In this document: piece after piece, positions 1 through 11,940 of the stretch
Numbering within the stretch: the first letter of the stretch is position 1
Layout of the letters: the number at the start of each line of letters is the position of its first letter
Origin: Sphyrna mokarran
Taxonomy: Eukaryota
Assembly: GCA_024679065.1 (NCBI GenBank)
Contig: JAGIQG010000005.1
Span: 44,516,001-44,580,000, forward strand
DNA: 64,000 nt
Reading direction: 5' to 3'
Notes under the pieces: model-generated
What the model was told of the DNA's origin: nothing
Database searches by the model: none
The model's input: the letters and a program-made list of their open reading frames with translations, nothing else
Made by a program: the position numbers and the translations under genes

Positions 1-307
1 CAGAACAAAGAGTGCTAGAACACAAGAATATTTCAGGCAACTTCTGGATTTAACCACAGGATCCAGGCAATTGTGTGTCAGGTCTAAATGAGGGACCATT
101 ATTCACATGAATATGTTTTATGGGTTTTACCTATATTTATGTTTGATTGGCAATTCTCAATTTTATTTTTTTCTAGTCATTCCATAAAAATAGTGGAATT
201 CTTAGCCTGTCATGTTTAGCGTCAGCTGTAAAGTCTTAGATAGACAAAAGGATACCTGTGAATGCTCGATAACTAACAACTGAACTTCTGTCTAAGGTTA
301 TTTTGCA

Positions 308-543
308 ATGACGTGGAGATATCGACGTTGGATGGGGTGGGCGCAGTAAGAAGTCTCACAACACCAGGTTAAAGTCCAACAGGTTTACTTGATATTATGA
401 GCTTCGGACCACTGCTCCTTCATCAGGTATGTCTGTAATCACTCACCTGATGAAGGAGCAGCACTCCTGAGGAAGGAGCAGTGCTCCGAAGGCTTGTGAT
501 TCCAAATAAATCTGTTGGACTTTAACCTGGCGTTGTGAGACTT
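308..543. mobile_element. Palindromic Penelope-like element relic (inverted pseudo-LTR pair) with hammerhead-like cores
   Basis: Arms AAGTCTCACAACACCAGGTTAAAGTCCAACAG (351-382) and CTGTTGGACTTTAACCTGGCGTTGTGAGACTT (512-543). Each half carries CTGATGAAGGAGCAG..TCCGAA-GCT. A second copy lies at 47982-48172. Confidence 0.75.
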
Positions 544-855
544 TTTATTTTGCACCTTAGTGAAGTTGATTGAACTGATGGTTACTCTGTTTTCAAAAAA
601 GTCTTAAGCATATAATTAATGAGAATTTACACTATGTCATTGTTTTGGACTACTTATCTGGTTATTAGTTAACATTTAGTTAGCAGTTCATAAATAAACC
701 TGCAACCTTAAAGACTAAATTATGCAAACACAGGCAATATAAATAATGAATTAATATAGATGAAGGAGGGCTTTCTCTTTGATCTATTGGCTGTCAAAAA
801 TTACCTTAATATTGGGTAGGTAACAAACCACACTACATTTGTAAGCAGTGAAAGC

Positions 856-1200
856 CTTTTTTTATTCTTTCATGGGATATGGGTGATACTGGCATATTTT
901 TTGCTCTTCCCTAATTGCCCTTGAATTGAATGATTTGCAAGGCCATTTCAGAGGATAGTTAAGGATCAACCATATTGCTTTGGGTCTGGAGTCACATAGA
1001 GGCTAGACTGGGTAAGAATGGAAAATTTCCTTCTGCAAAAGCTCATCAGTGGAACAGATCGGTTTTTACAACAATGATGATGGTCAACATTCCTTATTTT
1101 ATACTCCAGATTTATTAATATAATTTAAGTTCCACCAGCTGCTGTGCATGAGTTTGGCCTCTGGGTTACTAATCCAGTGACATTACCATTGTGCCACCTT
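856..1200 (-). mobile_element. tRNA-headed SINE-like repeat, family A
   Basis: Shares TTCATGGGATRTGGG...GGGTCTGGAGTCACAT...AATCCAGTGACATTACCA with copies at 19388, 36015, 37615 and 63035. Confidence 0.75.
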
Positions 1201-1227
1201 TTCCCTCTAAAAGCTTGACAAGATGAA

Positions 1228-1330
1228 AACGGAAAATGCTGGAAGTAAGCAACAGATCAAGCAGCAAAGAGAAGCAGAGTTACAACTTCCATTTTTCATT
1301 AGAACCTTCTGACCTTTCATCAGAACCCAA
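1228..1330 (-). repeat. Degenerate Penelope-type terminal-repeat relic, family B
   Basis: AAAATGCTGGAA...AGAGTTA...GACCTTTCATCAGAAC; the minus strand reads GTTCTGATGAAAGGTC. Related fragments at about 15130-15230, 15540-15640, 29105-29195 and 29375-29460. Confidence 0.45.
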
Positions 1331-1415
1331 AATGCAATGTTATCAAAATAAATTGCACTGTATTGTTCGTCTCAAGAAAAAGCAATGGGCTATTGAATTA
1401 AGCTCCGTTCCTTAC

Positions 1416-1450
1416 ACTCCCACTTTCTCTCTGGCTTGCCCAGTGTGCGG
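1416..1450 (-). CDS. Possible further AHI1 micro-exon (35 nt)
   Basis: TTGTTGTGCCTTCATCAG acceptor and AGT|GTAAGG donor; phase 1 to 0, open frame (A)AHWASQRESGS. Phase-compatible with the 5302 exon, but no homology recognised. Confidence 0.2.
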
Positions 1451-2789
1451 CTGATGAAGGCACAACAACGTAAAGTACATATTAAATGCATGGGAAATAA
1501 CTCTGCATAGTATTATTTATAATAGAGTGGGTAAAAGTCTGTGGCAAACCTTACCCAAAAAAATGTAGTGCTATAGTTTTGAAACTGCCCCAACTATCTG
1601 GGCTTCCTACTGCAGTGGAGCTGCAACTCTATTCATGCCTACATTACTCAAATTAGGCCGAAAAGGAACACTGAGCTGCTTATCTCATATTCTCAACAAA
1701 GCTCAGCCAAACTGCCCCTCAATGCACCAACAGAGAAAAATAAAAGGTCCAATGTTCACCACGACTACAACTGCCATGTCTTTCGAAGTCATAATTAAAA
1801 TGATTTTTGCTCAAAAGCGAAGATACTAGTACTACACAATTCAGTTTTGGTTCCCAACGTCTTAATCAGGAACTCAGATCAGATTATACAATGGTTACGT
1901 GAAGCAAAAGGAGTCTTCTGCCTGATGTAGTAAGATCTCCGTAACACAATTTTAACTTTTCATAGATAGTTACTAAATTAGACTGATGGTTCTGTACAGA
2001 TTTAAATTTTTGTGCTGTGAAAACAATTGCATGTGGATCAAGTTATAAGTTCTTTTTCCAGGGTAATCAACAGATCAGGTCACCATTTCAAATGTTAAAT
2101 ACTTAGCTTTTAATTTTAGAAAATGATGGGCAGAATGATTAAGTGCACAGCAAATGAAAGTTGGATTTGAGCCAAAGTATACAATACTAAATGTAGTCAC
2201 TGTTCATCCACAAAAGAACAACTTCTATGGGAATGGACAGCAAGGACTAAGAAGTTATTAGTGTGAGAAAACAATGTGAAGAACGATCATGAGATGTGTT
2301 TAGATGATCACGTATATCAAACTCTCTCATTTCTAGATGCTAACTGACCAACTTTATATTTCCACCATTTTATGCTTTTTCTTTAGAGTCTGAAATTCAT
2401 CTTTTCATTTAAATAATCAAGTAGTGGGATACATCACCTAACGTTGAATTATTGGTCAAACTAAGGTTCTAGTTGCGTGCAGAGTGCTATATTAGGCACC
2501 AATTCTTCAAGAAGACATTAATATAGTGGAGAGATTTAGAAGGTTGAGCTGGTCAAAAGTCTAAAGTCAGACTAATAATAAACAAGTTTGTTTCCACTGC
2601 AGAAAGAAGTTACACCTGAAATGTTACCAATCTCGCACTCTTAACAGTCGCCTACTGACTAGCTTTGAAACTTTTCTGCATTTTCTCTTGTTTTGGAGTT
2701 TGAGTCTTGTGACAATAAATTTCTGTATCCTGGGTGATGCTGTGTTCTTGTGGCAATATTCATCCGGGCTGGTGATATGCTTTCCATTA

Positions 2790-3948
2790 TGATCTTGATT
2801 TTTGCAAGGTTTTTGATAAGGTACCGCATGGTAGATTGTTGCATATGGTTAAATCTTACGGGACTCAGGGTGTGGTAGCCAAGTGGGTACAAATTGGCTT
2901 GATGACAGAAGACAGAGGTTGAGTGTGGAGAGTAGTTTTTCAAACTGGACGCTTGTGACCAGCGGTGTGCCTCAGGGATCGGTACTGGATCCACTGTTAT
3001 TTGTCATTTATACTAATAATTTGAATGAGAATTTAGGAGCATGGTTAGTAAGTTTGCAGATGACACCAAGATTGGTAGCAAAGTAGATAGTGAAGGTGGT
3101 TATCGCGGATTGCAATGGAATCTTGATCATTTGGGCTAGTGGCTTGATGAATGGGAAATGGAGTTTAGTTTAGATAAATGTGAGGTAATGCATTTTGATA
3201 GATTGAACCAAGGCAGAACTTACTCAATTGGAGAGAATTATAGAAAAGAGGCCTAGAGATACAAGTTCATAGCTCCTTGAAAGTGGAGTCATAAGTGGAC
3301 AGAGTGGTGAAGAAGGTATTCGGCATGCTTGTTTTCATTGGTCAGAACATTGAATACAAGAGTTGGAATGTCTTGTTGAAGTTGTACAAAACATTAGTAA
3401 GGCCACACTTGGAATACTGTGTACAGTTCTGGTCATTCTAATGTAAAAAGGATATTTTATTAAACTAAAAAAGTGCAGAAGTGATTTACTAGAATGCTAC
3501 CGGGAGTTGATGGTTTGAGTTATAAGGAGAGGCTGGATAGATGGGATTTTTTTCCCTGGAGCATAGGACTCTTATCTTGTAGAGGACTATAAAATAATGA
3601 GGGACATATATAAGGTAGATATTCAGCATCTTTTCCCAAAGGTAGGGGACATTAAAACTAGAGGGCATAAGTTTAAAGTGAGAGAGCAGAGATACAAAAG
3701 GGTACAAAGGGGCAATTTTTTTCACATCGTGAGTGGTGAGTGTCTGGAACAGCTGCCAGAGGTAATAGTAGAGGCAGTACAATCTTATTTTTTTAAAAAG
3801 ATTTAAACAGTTGCATGAATAAGATGGGTATAGGGGGATATGGGCCAAACATAGGCAACTGGGACAAGCTTAGCAATTAAAAAAGGGGTGGTATGGACAA
3901 GTTGGGTCAAAGGGCCTGTTTCCATGTTGTAAACCTCAATAACTCTGA
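2790..3948 (+). mobile_element. CR1 LINE, 5'-truncated and degenerate (RT C-terminal half plus 3' tail)
   Basis: [27 protein letters not shown] and TRGHKFKV motifs in broken frames; GGGCCTGTTTCC tail. Confidence 0.9.
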
Positions 3949-5301
3949 GTTTTTGTCGATGATGGAGGGACTCTGAAGCTCAGGATGGAATACATGCACT
4001 CAACTGAATGGATGCAGCACCTTCAATAAATTTACATCTCAACTGAATATATGGAATGCCTCAATACACAAGTCGCACACTTAGTCAATGTGGATGGCTT
4101 GTAACTTTAACATAACGTATAGAGGTATTTACATGAAAACTCCAAGCCCAGAAAATAATTTATGCATGAAAACTTTAAGGAGTACAGGTTTCAGGAAGAA
4201 TGTCCAAATTGAAATCATCATAATACCCAAATGTGGGCAATTGGGATTAGCTTAGGGGCTTTATTGAAAAAAAAGGACATGGACAAGTTGGACCGAAGGG
4301 CCTATTTCCGTTCTGTAAACCTCTATTTCTCTAAATACTCATACCAAGTTAGGATAACTTGAGTTGGTTTTCCTTACTTGAATTCTGAAAGCTGGTTTTG
4401 AAATTGCCTATAAAATAATACCTATAAAATAGTGTAGCACGCGATTATATAAGTATTCCTTATGTAGATTTTTCAGTGTTTTCAGAAAGGCATGCAGATG
4501 TCCAGCAACTGTTCATCTACTCTGACTTGAAGTAGTCTGAAATAAAAACCTATTTTAATTTGAACAATTTGCTGTCTCATTCCCTACATTTCCACAGAAA
4601 TTTTGACACCATGATGCCTAGTTCCTCATTTCATACGTCAATCATTCCGGCCATATACTCTGCCATTGACTGCTAAAATATTCATATCTAAAATTCCATA
4701 AGTTGTTGGCTTTTTTGAAGCCAGATGCTACAGCACAAATGTACCAATATTGAATGCCATTACTACAAAGTCAGCTCCCTAATTGACCCAAAACTATTGA
4801 ACAACCAAGAGATCCAATGCTGGCCAGTGACCGGTAATTCTTCTTTTACGCTGCACGTACAATTAATTCTGCAGTCAGAAGGTATGTTTGAAAATTAAAC
4901 AGTTCTTGCTCATACAGTATTTAGCATTGTATCTTTTTAAAAATGTTATCTTCATTATAAAAACAATGACAGGAACATCTTCTTGGCATCTAAATTTTAA
5001 ACAGTGAAAAGTGTAACTTGAAGTTCATATGAAGTATTTGTTTTTCACTTTTGTATATAGATTTATCACAAATAACATTCACCTAAAAATTATCTTTTTA
5101 AAGGACAGAATTATGTACATATTCCAATTTACTGAAGAGTAGTTTTAGGTATGTGTTCTGCATATTTCCTATCCCAGGCAAAGCAAGTACATGATTTATT
5201 TATAAAGTACATTATAGGCACTCAGCAGGGCATGTTTAATTTCAGAGAGAGAAGCCAGCACAAAAACCTGAAACTACAAGCAAATTAGAAACAGTACTCA
5301 C

Positions 5302-5419
5302 CGGCCTGTGAGGTCAGCGACTGCTGTGATAACAGCTGAGCACCTACAGTAGATGGGAGCCTCAACTTGGAGTGTGGCGACAGCAGTGATGGTGCAGGAA
5401 GAAAGAGATTTGACCTGGT
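5302..5419 (-). CDS. AHI1: AHI1 coding exon, pre-SH3 linker
   Basis: TTTCCTATTACAG acceptor and GCCG|GTGAGT donor; 118 nt, phase 0 to 1. Encodes TRSNLFLPAPSLLSPHSKLRLPSTVGAQLLSQQSLTSQA; I recall the LPxPSLLSPHSKL motif from non-mammalian AHI1. Confidence 0.85.
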
Positions 5420-7147
5420 CTGTAATAGGAAAGGCAAATCAGAAACCAAAGCACAATTTCCTGGGTTACTCACTGACGTAATGCCTGCGAGTCAGTAAAT
5501 AACACCCCACTAATTCCAATTATGCCCACAGATTTGTTTCTGCTTTTTCTAAAGTTATATGCATTGGGAATCAATTTGAAATCAAAAAAAACTTCAGATA
5601 AATGAGCCACTTTCCTTTCTTAATCAGAAAACCTTAAACAAGCTATTCCCTCTCCACCCTTCCTGATGGATGAAAATGGCTCAGGAAAGAAAATTGCACA
5701 CAGTCCTACACACAGTATCGTATCATCAAATGCACTGATATAAAGTTCAAACCAACATGAGAATTAAGAATGTAACTATGCATTGAAATATTTTCGCAGT
5801 GATAACAGTCTGAATGTTAAAACTCCCAGACATCTTCACAGGGAAAAAATACTTGCTTTAAAATAGTCATGTCAAAGGCAATCTACTGGATGCAGAATCA
5901 TTTTCATATCAGAGTAGACTCAGTCTGTAGAATTATAGTAACCATGGAGAAATTTTGCATAAAGGCCACTGTAATTACTTCTTTCATTAAACATCATCCT
6001 AACTACAAATGCTCCAGTTAGCAAAAGATACACCTTGAAACATAATTTATAGCTAAGCAGTTAGGTATGAACACATAATTTATCTGTATCTTGTTCCTTT
6101 CTGAGCAGTTAAAAGCTAAGTTTGGCATTAGAATTTCCTTTTACAATAAAGTTTTGAAATACATGGAAAAGTAATCATAATTTCCTGAACTTACTATGTA
6201 AACTGTACCAAAGCAATTTTTATGCCTTACTGTAAGCTAATGATAAAGACTTTGATAAAGTCTACGTTTTTTTACATGGATTTCATACAATTTTATATTA
6301 CTAGAAGAAATTCTGAACTTTAATCAAAGAATGCATGTCAATCCTGGTATGATACTTGGAGTATTAATTCACAAAGTGTTGCAATACTGAAATTCAGATG
6401 TACATCACCCTGGTGATGTACAAATATGGAAGGAAGTGTGTACATGTGCACGCATGCGTGTGCGCACAAGCGAAGCATTATGTTAATCTATATCACTCTC
6501 TATATTACCTCTATACAGGAGGTGTGCGTAAATATATTTTGGATTATGTAATGCAAAAAAAAAATCAGAATACACTCTTATGGTCAGAATGCGTGTTGTT
6601 CCTTCAAGTCCAGAATCAGATGATTGTATGCAAGGTGCGTGTACACCCTTAGCTTCAGTGTGATTTTTCCTAATTCAAAATAAATTCCTGCACAGGCATT
6701 TTGGAGATTTTTAAAAATAAAGTTACATGGCATCCAACTCATCTCATTTACTTTCACTCATGCAAAAGTTGGATAAAGATTAAGTTAAAGCTGTAATTAT
6801 AAAAAAGGAATTTAACCCCATCTCTGTGTCGGTGCAGTCCTGATGTTTTATTAGCTGAATTCATACATTAATTGGTGTGAAGGTCTTTTAGGAATAAAGG
6901 ATTCTCAAGAAGCTGTAAAGTCTCTTGCAGACAAATAGCCAAGACTTGACAGCTGGAACAAGCATAGTAGTTTGGCTGCATTAGAAGGTTTTCAGCTACA
7001 ATGGTTTAGCTGCCACAGATGCTTTCTCCTGCCTGATTTGCTTCGTTGGTTTATCTCTGCCTCCAAATATTCCCAAGTTCAATACGACATTGGGAGATGA
7101 TCAGTTTAGAATAGTTCTCAAATACTGGTTCATCCTTTAAGAATAAA

Positions 7148-8155
7148 GGCCAGGATTCTCCCCCAAAAATTTAAAATTCACTTAAAAATAAGAGTAACTC
7201 CCGTTGTGTTTTTTTTGGGATTTTCAAAATGAATCTCCTGTACTCTGTGCATCAAAGACTGCCTTAGAGAAACTCACGCTGAAAATCCAGGGACTGGGTC
7301 TATTCCCGCTGGAGAGGCTGGCAGCATAGTGCTGAGCAGACGTTGCGCATGCACTGATCTGTCAGGGCAGAGATTGGTGCTTGCATAGTAGCCCCATACT
7401 GCTGGCCACCTCAATCGCTGGTGACCAGCCCCACAAACACCCGTTGCTAGCCATGCCACCCCTGCCACCATCCGATTGCTGGCCTCGTGGATGTCTCCCG
7501 ATGATTCCCCCCACAGTCCTGAGTGCCCAGAACCTCCCAATCCTAACAGCCCTGAATAGCCCTTCCCTCCCTATGCCACTCTTCCTGACCGCAGAGTGGC
7601 AGTGAGAGGCCTCACTGATCTCCCTCTCACTAAGGCCCTGCCCCTCTGGCCCTATCCTTTTGGCACTGCCCAATGCCTGGTGAGGAGTGCCTAGGTGCCA
7701 CTTGGGCATTGCTATTTTTCCCCTTCGGCACTGCCAAGTTGCCAGGCTGGCAATGCCCAGAGCACTCCCTACCCCCGAGGGCATCCATGGTGTCCCCTCA
7801 CTTTAGTATAATTGGGTTAGTATCTGTAAACCCCGTTGAGTGAACTATCTGGAGTGGGGGCGGGAGAGGGGAGGGGGCACTAATCAGATTTCAATCGTGA
7901 TTTAAGTAAGGAAATCAGCTCCTTGTGAATTCCCAGCCTGGAACTGGTGACACCGGACATCCTAGCCTCCTGAAATGCATGGAGGCCGTGATGCCCAGCG
8001 AGGGAGCCTATTAAACGGCCTCTGCTGATGTCTCTTGGCTTGTTGCACTTCTAAGGCAGTACAGTAGGCTAGGCGAATGACTCCCAAAATGTGTACACTT
8101 CACACATGATTGCAAAGTACCCTTATTTAAATCCACGCTTAACAAAATTTTGGCC
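7148..8155. mobile_element. GC-rich non-autonomous DNA-transposon-like element (probably Harbinger-derived)
   Basis: Homologous over about 900 bp to 46252-47270 (e.g. GATTTTCAAAATGAATC..CTG.ACTCTGTGCATCA and GCTGGCAGCATAGTG). Imperfect ends GGCCAGGATTCT / AAAATTTTGGCC, flanked by AAA on both sides. Confidence 0.55.
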
Positions 8156-8339
8156 AAAGAATTGAACACTGTCCACTGACACATGATAAGTTGTAGCCAT
8201 CTTAACAGGTTTTGTAACAACTTTCACAAAATATTATCTTAATAATGATATATTGATATATTATATTAATAATAATACCCAAAGTTCCCCATGCTTTCAC
8301 TGAATGTGACAACAAGGAATTTATGCAGTGGGATTTTGC

Positions 8340-8394
8340 TTTACTGCATTAAAATGAAAATCACATTCTGAATTTTTCATTTTAATGCAGTAAA
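8340..8394. repeat. Perfect 21-bp inverted repeat with 13-nt loop
   Basis: TTTACTGCATTAAAATGAAAA (8340-8360) and TTTTCATTTTAATGCAGTAAA (8374-8394). Confidence 0.9.
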
Positions 8395-9001
8395 CCTGCA
8401 GGATCTATTATTCTGAACGCAATTATTTTGTGTTTAAAGGCAAATCATCAACGTTTAATCAACAAAGGAAACTATTTTTGGGTCTAAAGCTGTACTAAAT
8501 AGATTGCTGTCTAGAATTCTGTTCATGTGATAAAAAGCACAAACACAAAATCAAGTTTACCGGACTTACTAATGATATTAACACCAGGCCACTAAATGAA
8601 TCTCTTATATAGTACTCTTATTAAACCACAGCACTATAATTTCGTGCAAAACATCAATGATGGATTGTGATTTCCAAACACTGTCCTATCAGTGAAGGGT
8701 GCATTTTTAGACCCTTTTTATCAAAGCCCAGTTTTCATAACACAGGATGAGGGCTTTCTGTTCTCCCCATTTACAGTCCAGATGTCTCATTTTTCATTGC
8801 TTGGACATCTTGCAACATGCAAGATAGCATGCTATTTCTCTGTTCTTAGCCGATAGCATACATTTATAGATTGAACAATCCACTCTGACCACAGACCTTG
8901 GCACTGAGACAACAAATAGTTCCCTTCTGAGCAACTACAGATCAATTTGTGTAACAGAAAATATGCTGCCACCAAAAAATAGTGTCAAACAAAAAGAGAA
9001 T

Positions 9002-11086
9002 GGATGGAATTTTCCATTCTTGCCGATGATGGGAATCAAGGCAGGTGGGGCAAGAAATTTAGGATGATGGTGGGTTGAAGGAGAATCAGATTTCATGTTG
9101 TTCTCTCTCAAGAACTACTTCTGCATCTCATGAATGTTTATTAAAAGCCAAACTCTCAGGAATTACCTTTACAGATGCAAGACTTACATAGACAATGTTT
9201 CATCATTTTCATATAAGAACTGCCTTTGTTCATGTCACCTGTATGCAAGTGAAGATGATTGACTGAGATGAGATCGAATGACACCTCATAGAACTGAGGA
9301 CAAGATGGGAAATAATTAGGTGGGCTCGTATTTGATAAGCTTGAATGAACATAGGACCCACTGAACCATTCAATACCCGAGACTTGGAGAGATAAAAGCA
9401 AAATATATTTACCAAAAAGTGAAAAGTATATACAGTGGTTGAACAGACCACTATGTGCATTCACAACTTCTTGATACATCTTACTTTGCCTTTATTCTAA
9501 GTTATAGCCCTGACATTTAAACAGAAGTAGAGAAAACCTGCTGAATGCTATGTCCTGAGATGACTTTGGTGGGTGTCTTCTACGGCTCAAAGGTTGGATA
9601 GCAGCACCCTCCTCAGTCTGACCTGGAGTTCATGGTGTCATAGACGGAGGAGGTTTGAATGGTAAGACATCCTTGGAGTCTCGAGTTGATACCTCCAGGG
9701 TGTCAGGCTGACGCTCCTCCTTTTCGGATTAGCAGCATCCATCTGACTCTTTGTGAGGTGGCACCTGAGTGAGGTTGAAGTACCCTATCCACCTCTCGCC
9801 TAGCCACTTCAGGAACACACTCATGGCTAGAATGAGGGAGTGTAGATCTGAGCCCATATCCAGCAGAAACTGTGCATTCCACTGGACCTGGATTTCCAAG
9901 GCAGCCATCACCATTCCAATGGAGATATCAATGCGCTCATATGCTGCAGCCGCAATGTCAGATTCTTCCATACTCTGTTCCAGTCTGACAACGCAATGTG
10001 TCCTTGCATCTCCAACATTCTGTTAGGGCTGACTGCAGAAGTTCATCATTGGACTTGGACTTTGAAGGGCCTGGTTGCCAGAGTTCATCTGTGTCAGGGG
10101 TCTCAGCCTGCTGTGGACTTGTGTCTGTGAGGTGATCACCAGCTTGTGAACCTGATCTACTCTGGTTACTGGTTTAGACAGAAGAGATAATTAGCCAACA
10201 ACTAGGCAGGGTTCTACACTATAGCTCACTCAGTGACGTATACTAGCTGGATACTCACTGACCTGTTCAGGGAGATTCCACACAGGAACGATCTCTATCC
10301 TCACTAGTGCACTCTACCAACTGCTCCTTATGCTGGGAGAGCATCCTTAACTCCAGAGTCCCTCCCCAAGATCTCTGATTTCTCCTTTTTATGGGAAATA
10401 TTGCCTGGCATAAAGACACTGTGGACAGAAGAGCAACTCAGAAAGTATGCACGCCTGCCACGTGTGCTAAGCCCTCCCCAGGAAGTGAAATAATATCATT
10501 CATGCAGGATCTTACATGAGATGGTGATCTTAAGGTGATTGGCAGACATTCAGCGTTGATGTTTCATACGCTGGTTGTGTATGATGTCCTTGGGAACACT
10601 AGCCCTGAGAGTGCCTGATTCCCTAATGAGAATTTGAAGTGATAAAAAGGTTCACTTACTCTAGCAGAATTGTTCAGGTCATCTACCTCATCCCAGGCAA
10701 ACACTGTCAGGTTGGTTTATCTCCTGTTCTCATCGCTCAGGAAGAGGATGGCATGTAAGAGCTTCTCCATGGAGACCTTGCTATGCCGTGGAGTGGAGAG
10801 TTTATTTCTTTTAGTTGCTTTGCTAATTTATCCTTTAGGCCACACTTGCGGTGCAGTGAGTGAATGCGTTTAGACGGTGTTTAAATATGACGCCAGCATC
10901 TTTGACCCAATGAGGTAATAAAGGGTGGACATATCCTTACATACCCTACCAGAATGAGATCTTTGCTGATGCACAATTGATGAGCTGAAAAGCAGAAAAC
11001 ACAAAAATCCACCTTGCCGCCAAGAGAAACCATATAGACTTTCCTGCCTGTCGCTGCATTTAATCTCCGGAATGGAAAATTCCATC
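9002..11086 (-). mobile_element. Fossil PIF/Harbinger DNA transposon carrying a decayed Myb/SANT-like gene
   Basis: Perfect 17-bp TIRs GATGGAATTTTCCATTC (9003-9019) and GAATGGAAAATTCCATC (11070-11086). Minus-strand remnants SMEKLLHAILF...FAWDEV..DLNNSAR|GTAAGT (about 10660-10800), RRNQRSWGGTLELRMLSQHKEQ...EDRDRSC (about 10255-10400) and ORF 9729-9971 resemble the Harbinger Myb-like protein. Confidence 0.7.
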
Positions 11087-11940
11087 AATATTTGTTTATA
11101 AGAAGTAGCAATGATTTAGAATAAATAAAACATCTATTTATTCTACACCACTACATAACAACATCAGGTGAGGAGTAGACAAAAAGGATGCAGTGCAAGA
11201 AGAGCAAAAGGATTTAGGTTGGCTATGCAAGTGGGCAGACACATAGTGAAGTAAAACATTGCACTTAGAAGGACTGGAATTGAATTATCACGTGGAGAAT
11301 TAGACCAGAGAGTAACATAGCAGGAGCATCACTTTCAGTATCCAGATTATGTGCTTCACTTCATGCCTAACCCCAAAGATGCAGAACAGAAGAAAGGTTT
11401 CTCGCTCCCTCTTCTTTTCATTGTCGATATTTTAGTTTATGGATTGATGGTTATGAATGGAATTAATGCCATTAAGCAGTGGGAGTGATTTGTTGCCATC
11501 ATCATGGGCATTCAGCAGCCCACCAGTCTTAATGTTCACTTAAGCAACTTCAGAACTTAGATAAAAAGCCTTCTGAATTCAACATCCAGTTCAACAACTT
11601 CTGGGAATGAAGTCTGTCCTTCATTTTGATTTTTTTTGCAAGTGCCAGTCTGTATTTTGTTTTCACTTTCAGACTGAACTGATCTTTATTCTGCTTTTAA
11701 CACCTCCTGTAGATCAATGCTTTGTTTCTTTACTACAATCATTGCTGTTCCCTTTTCCTTTTCTTGCATGATGTCTTTGATATTTAATATCCCCTGTCCT
11801 CTGGACCATCCCTAACCTTCCCCTTCTTTCCTTACTCGAAACTGTTCACTTGTCCTATTCAGCAGCATAAAACTCATCACATTTCAATCTTTCTTCTGTT
11901 CTGGAGAGGGTTATAGTTATTTGAAGTATAGAATGTAGAA

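Noticed and set aside
7274-7784. ORFs of 74-140 aa and a CpG-island-like composition
   Set aside because: They lie within a repeated GC-rich element (second copy at 46252); no recognisable protein, and the frames are not shared between copies.
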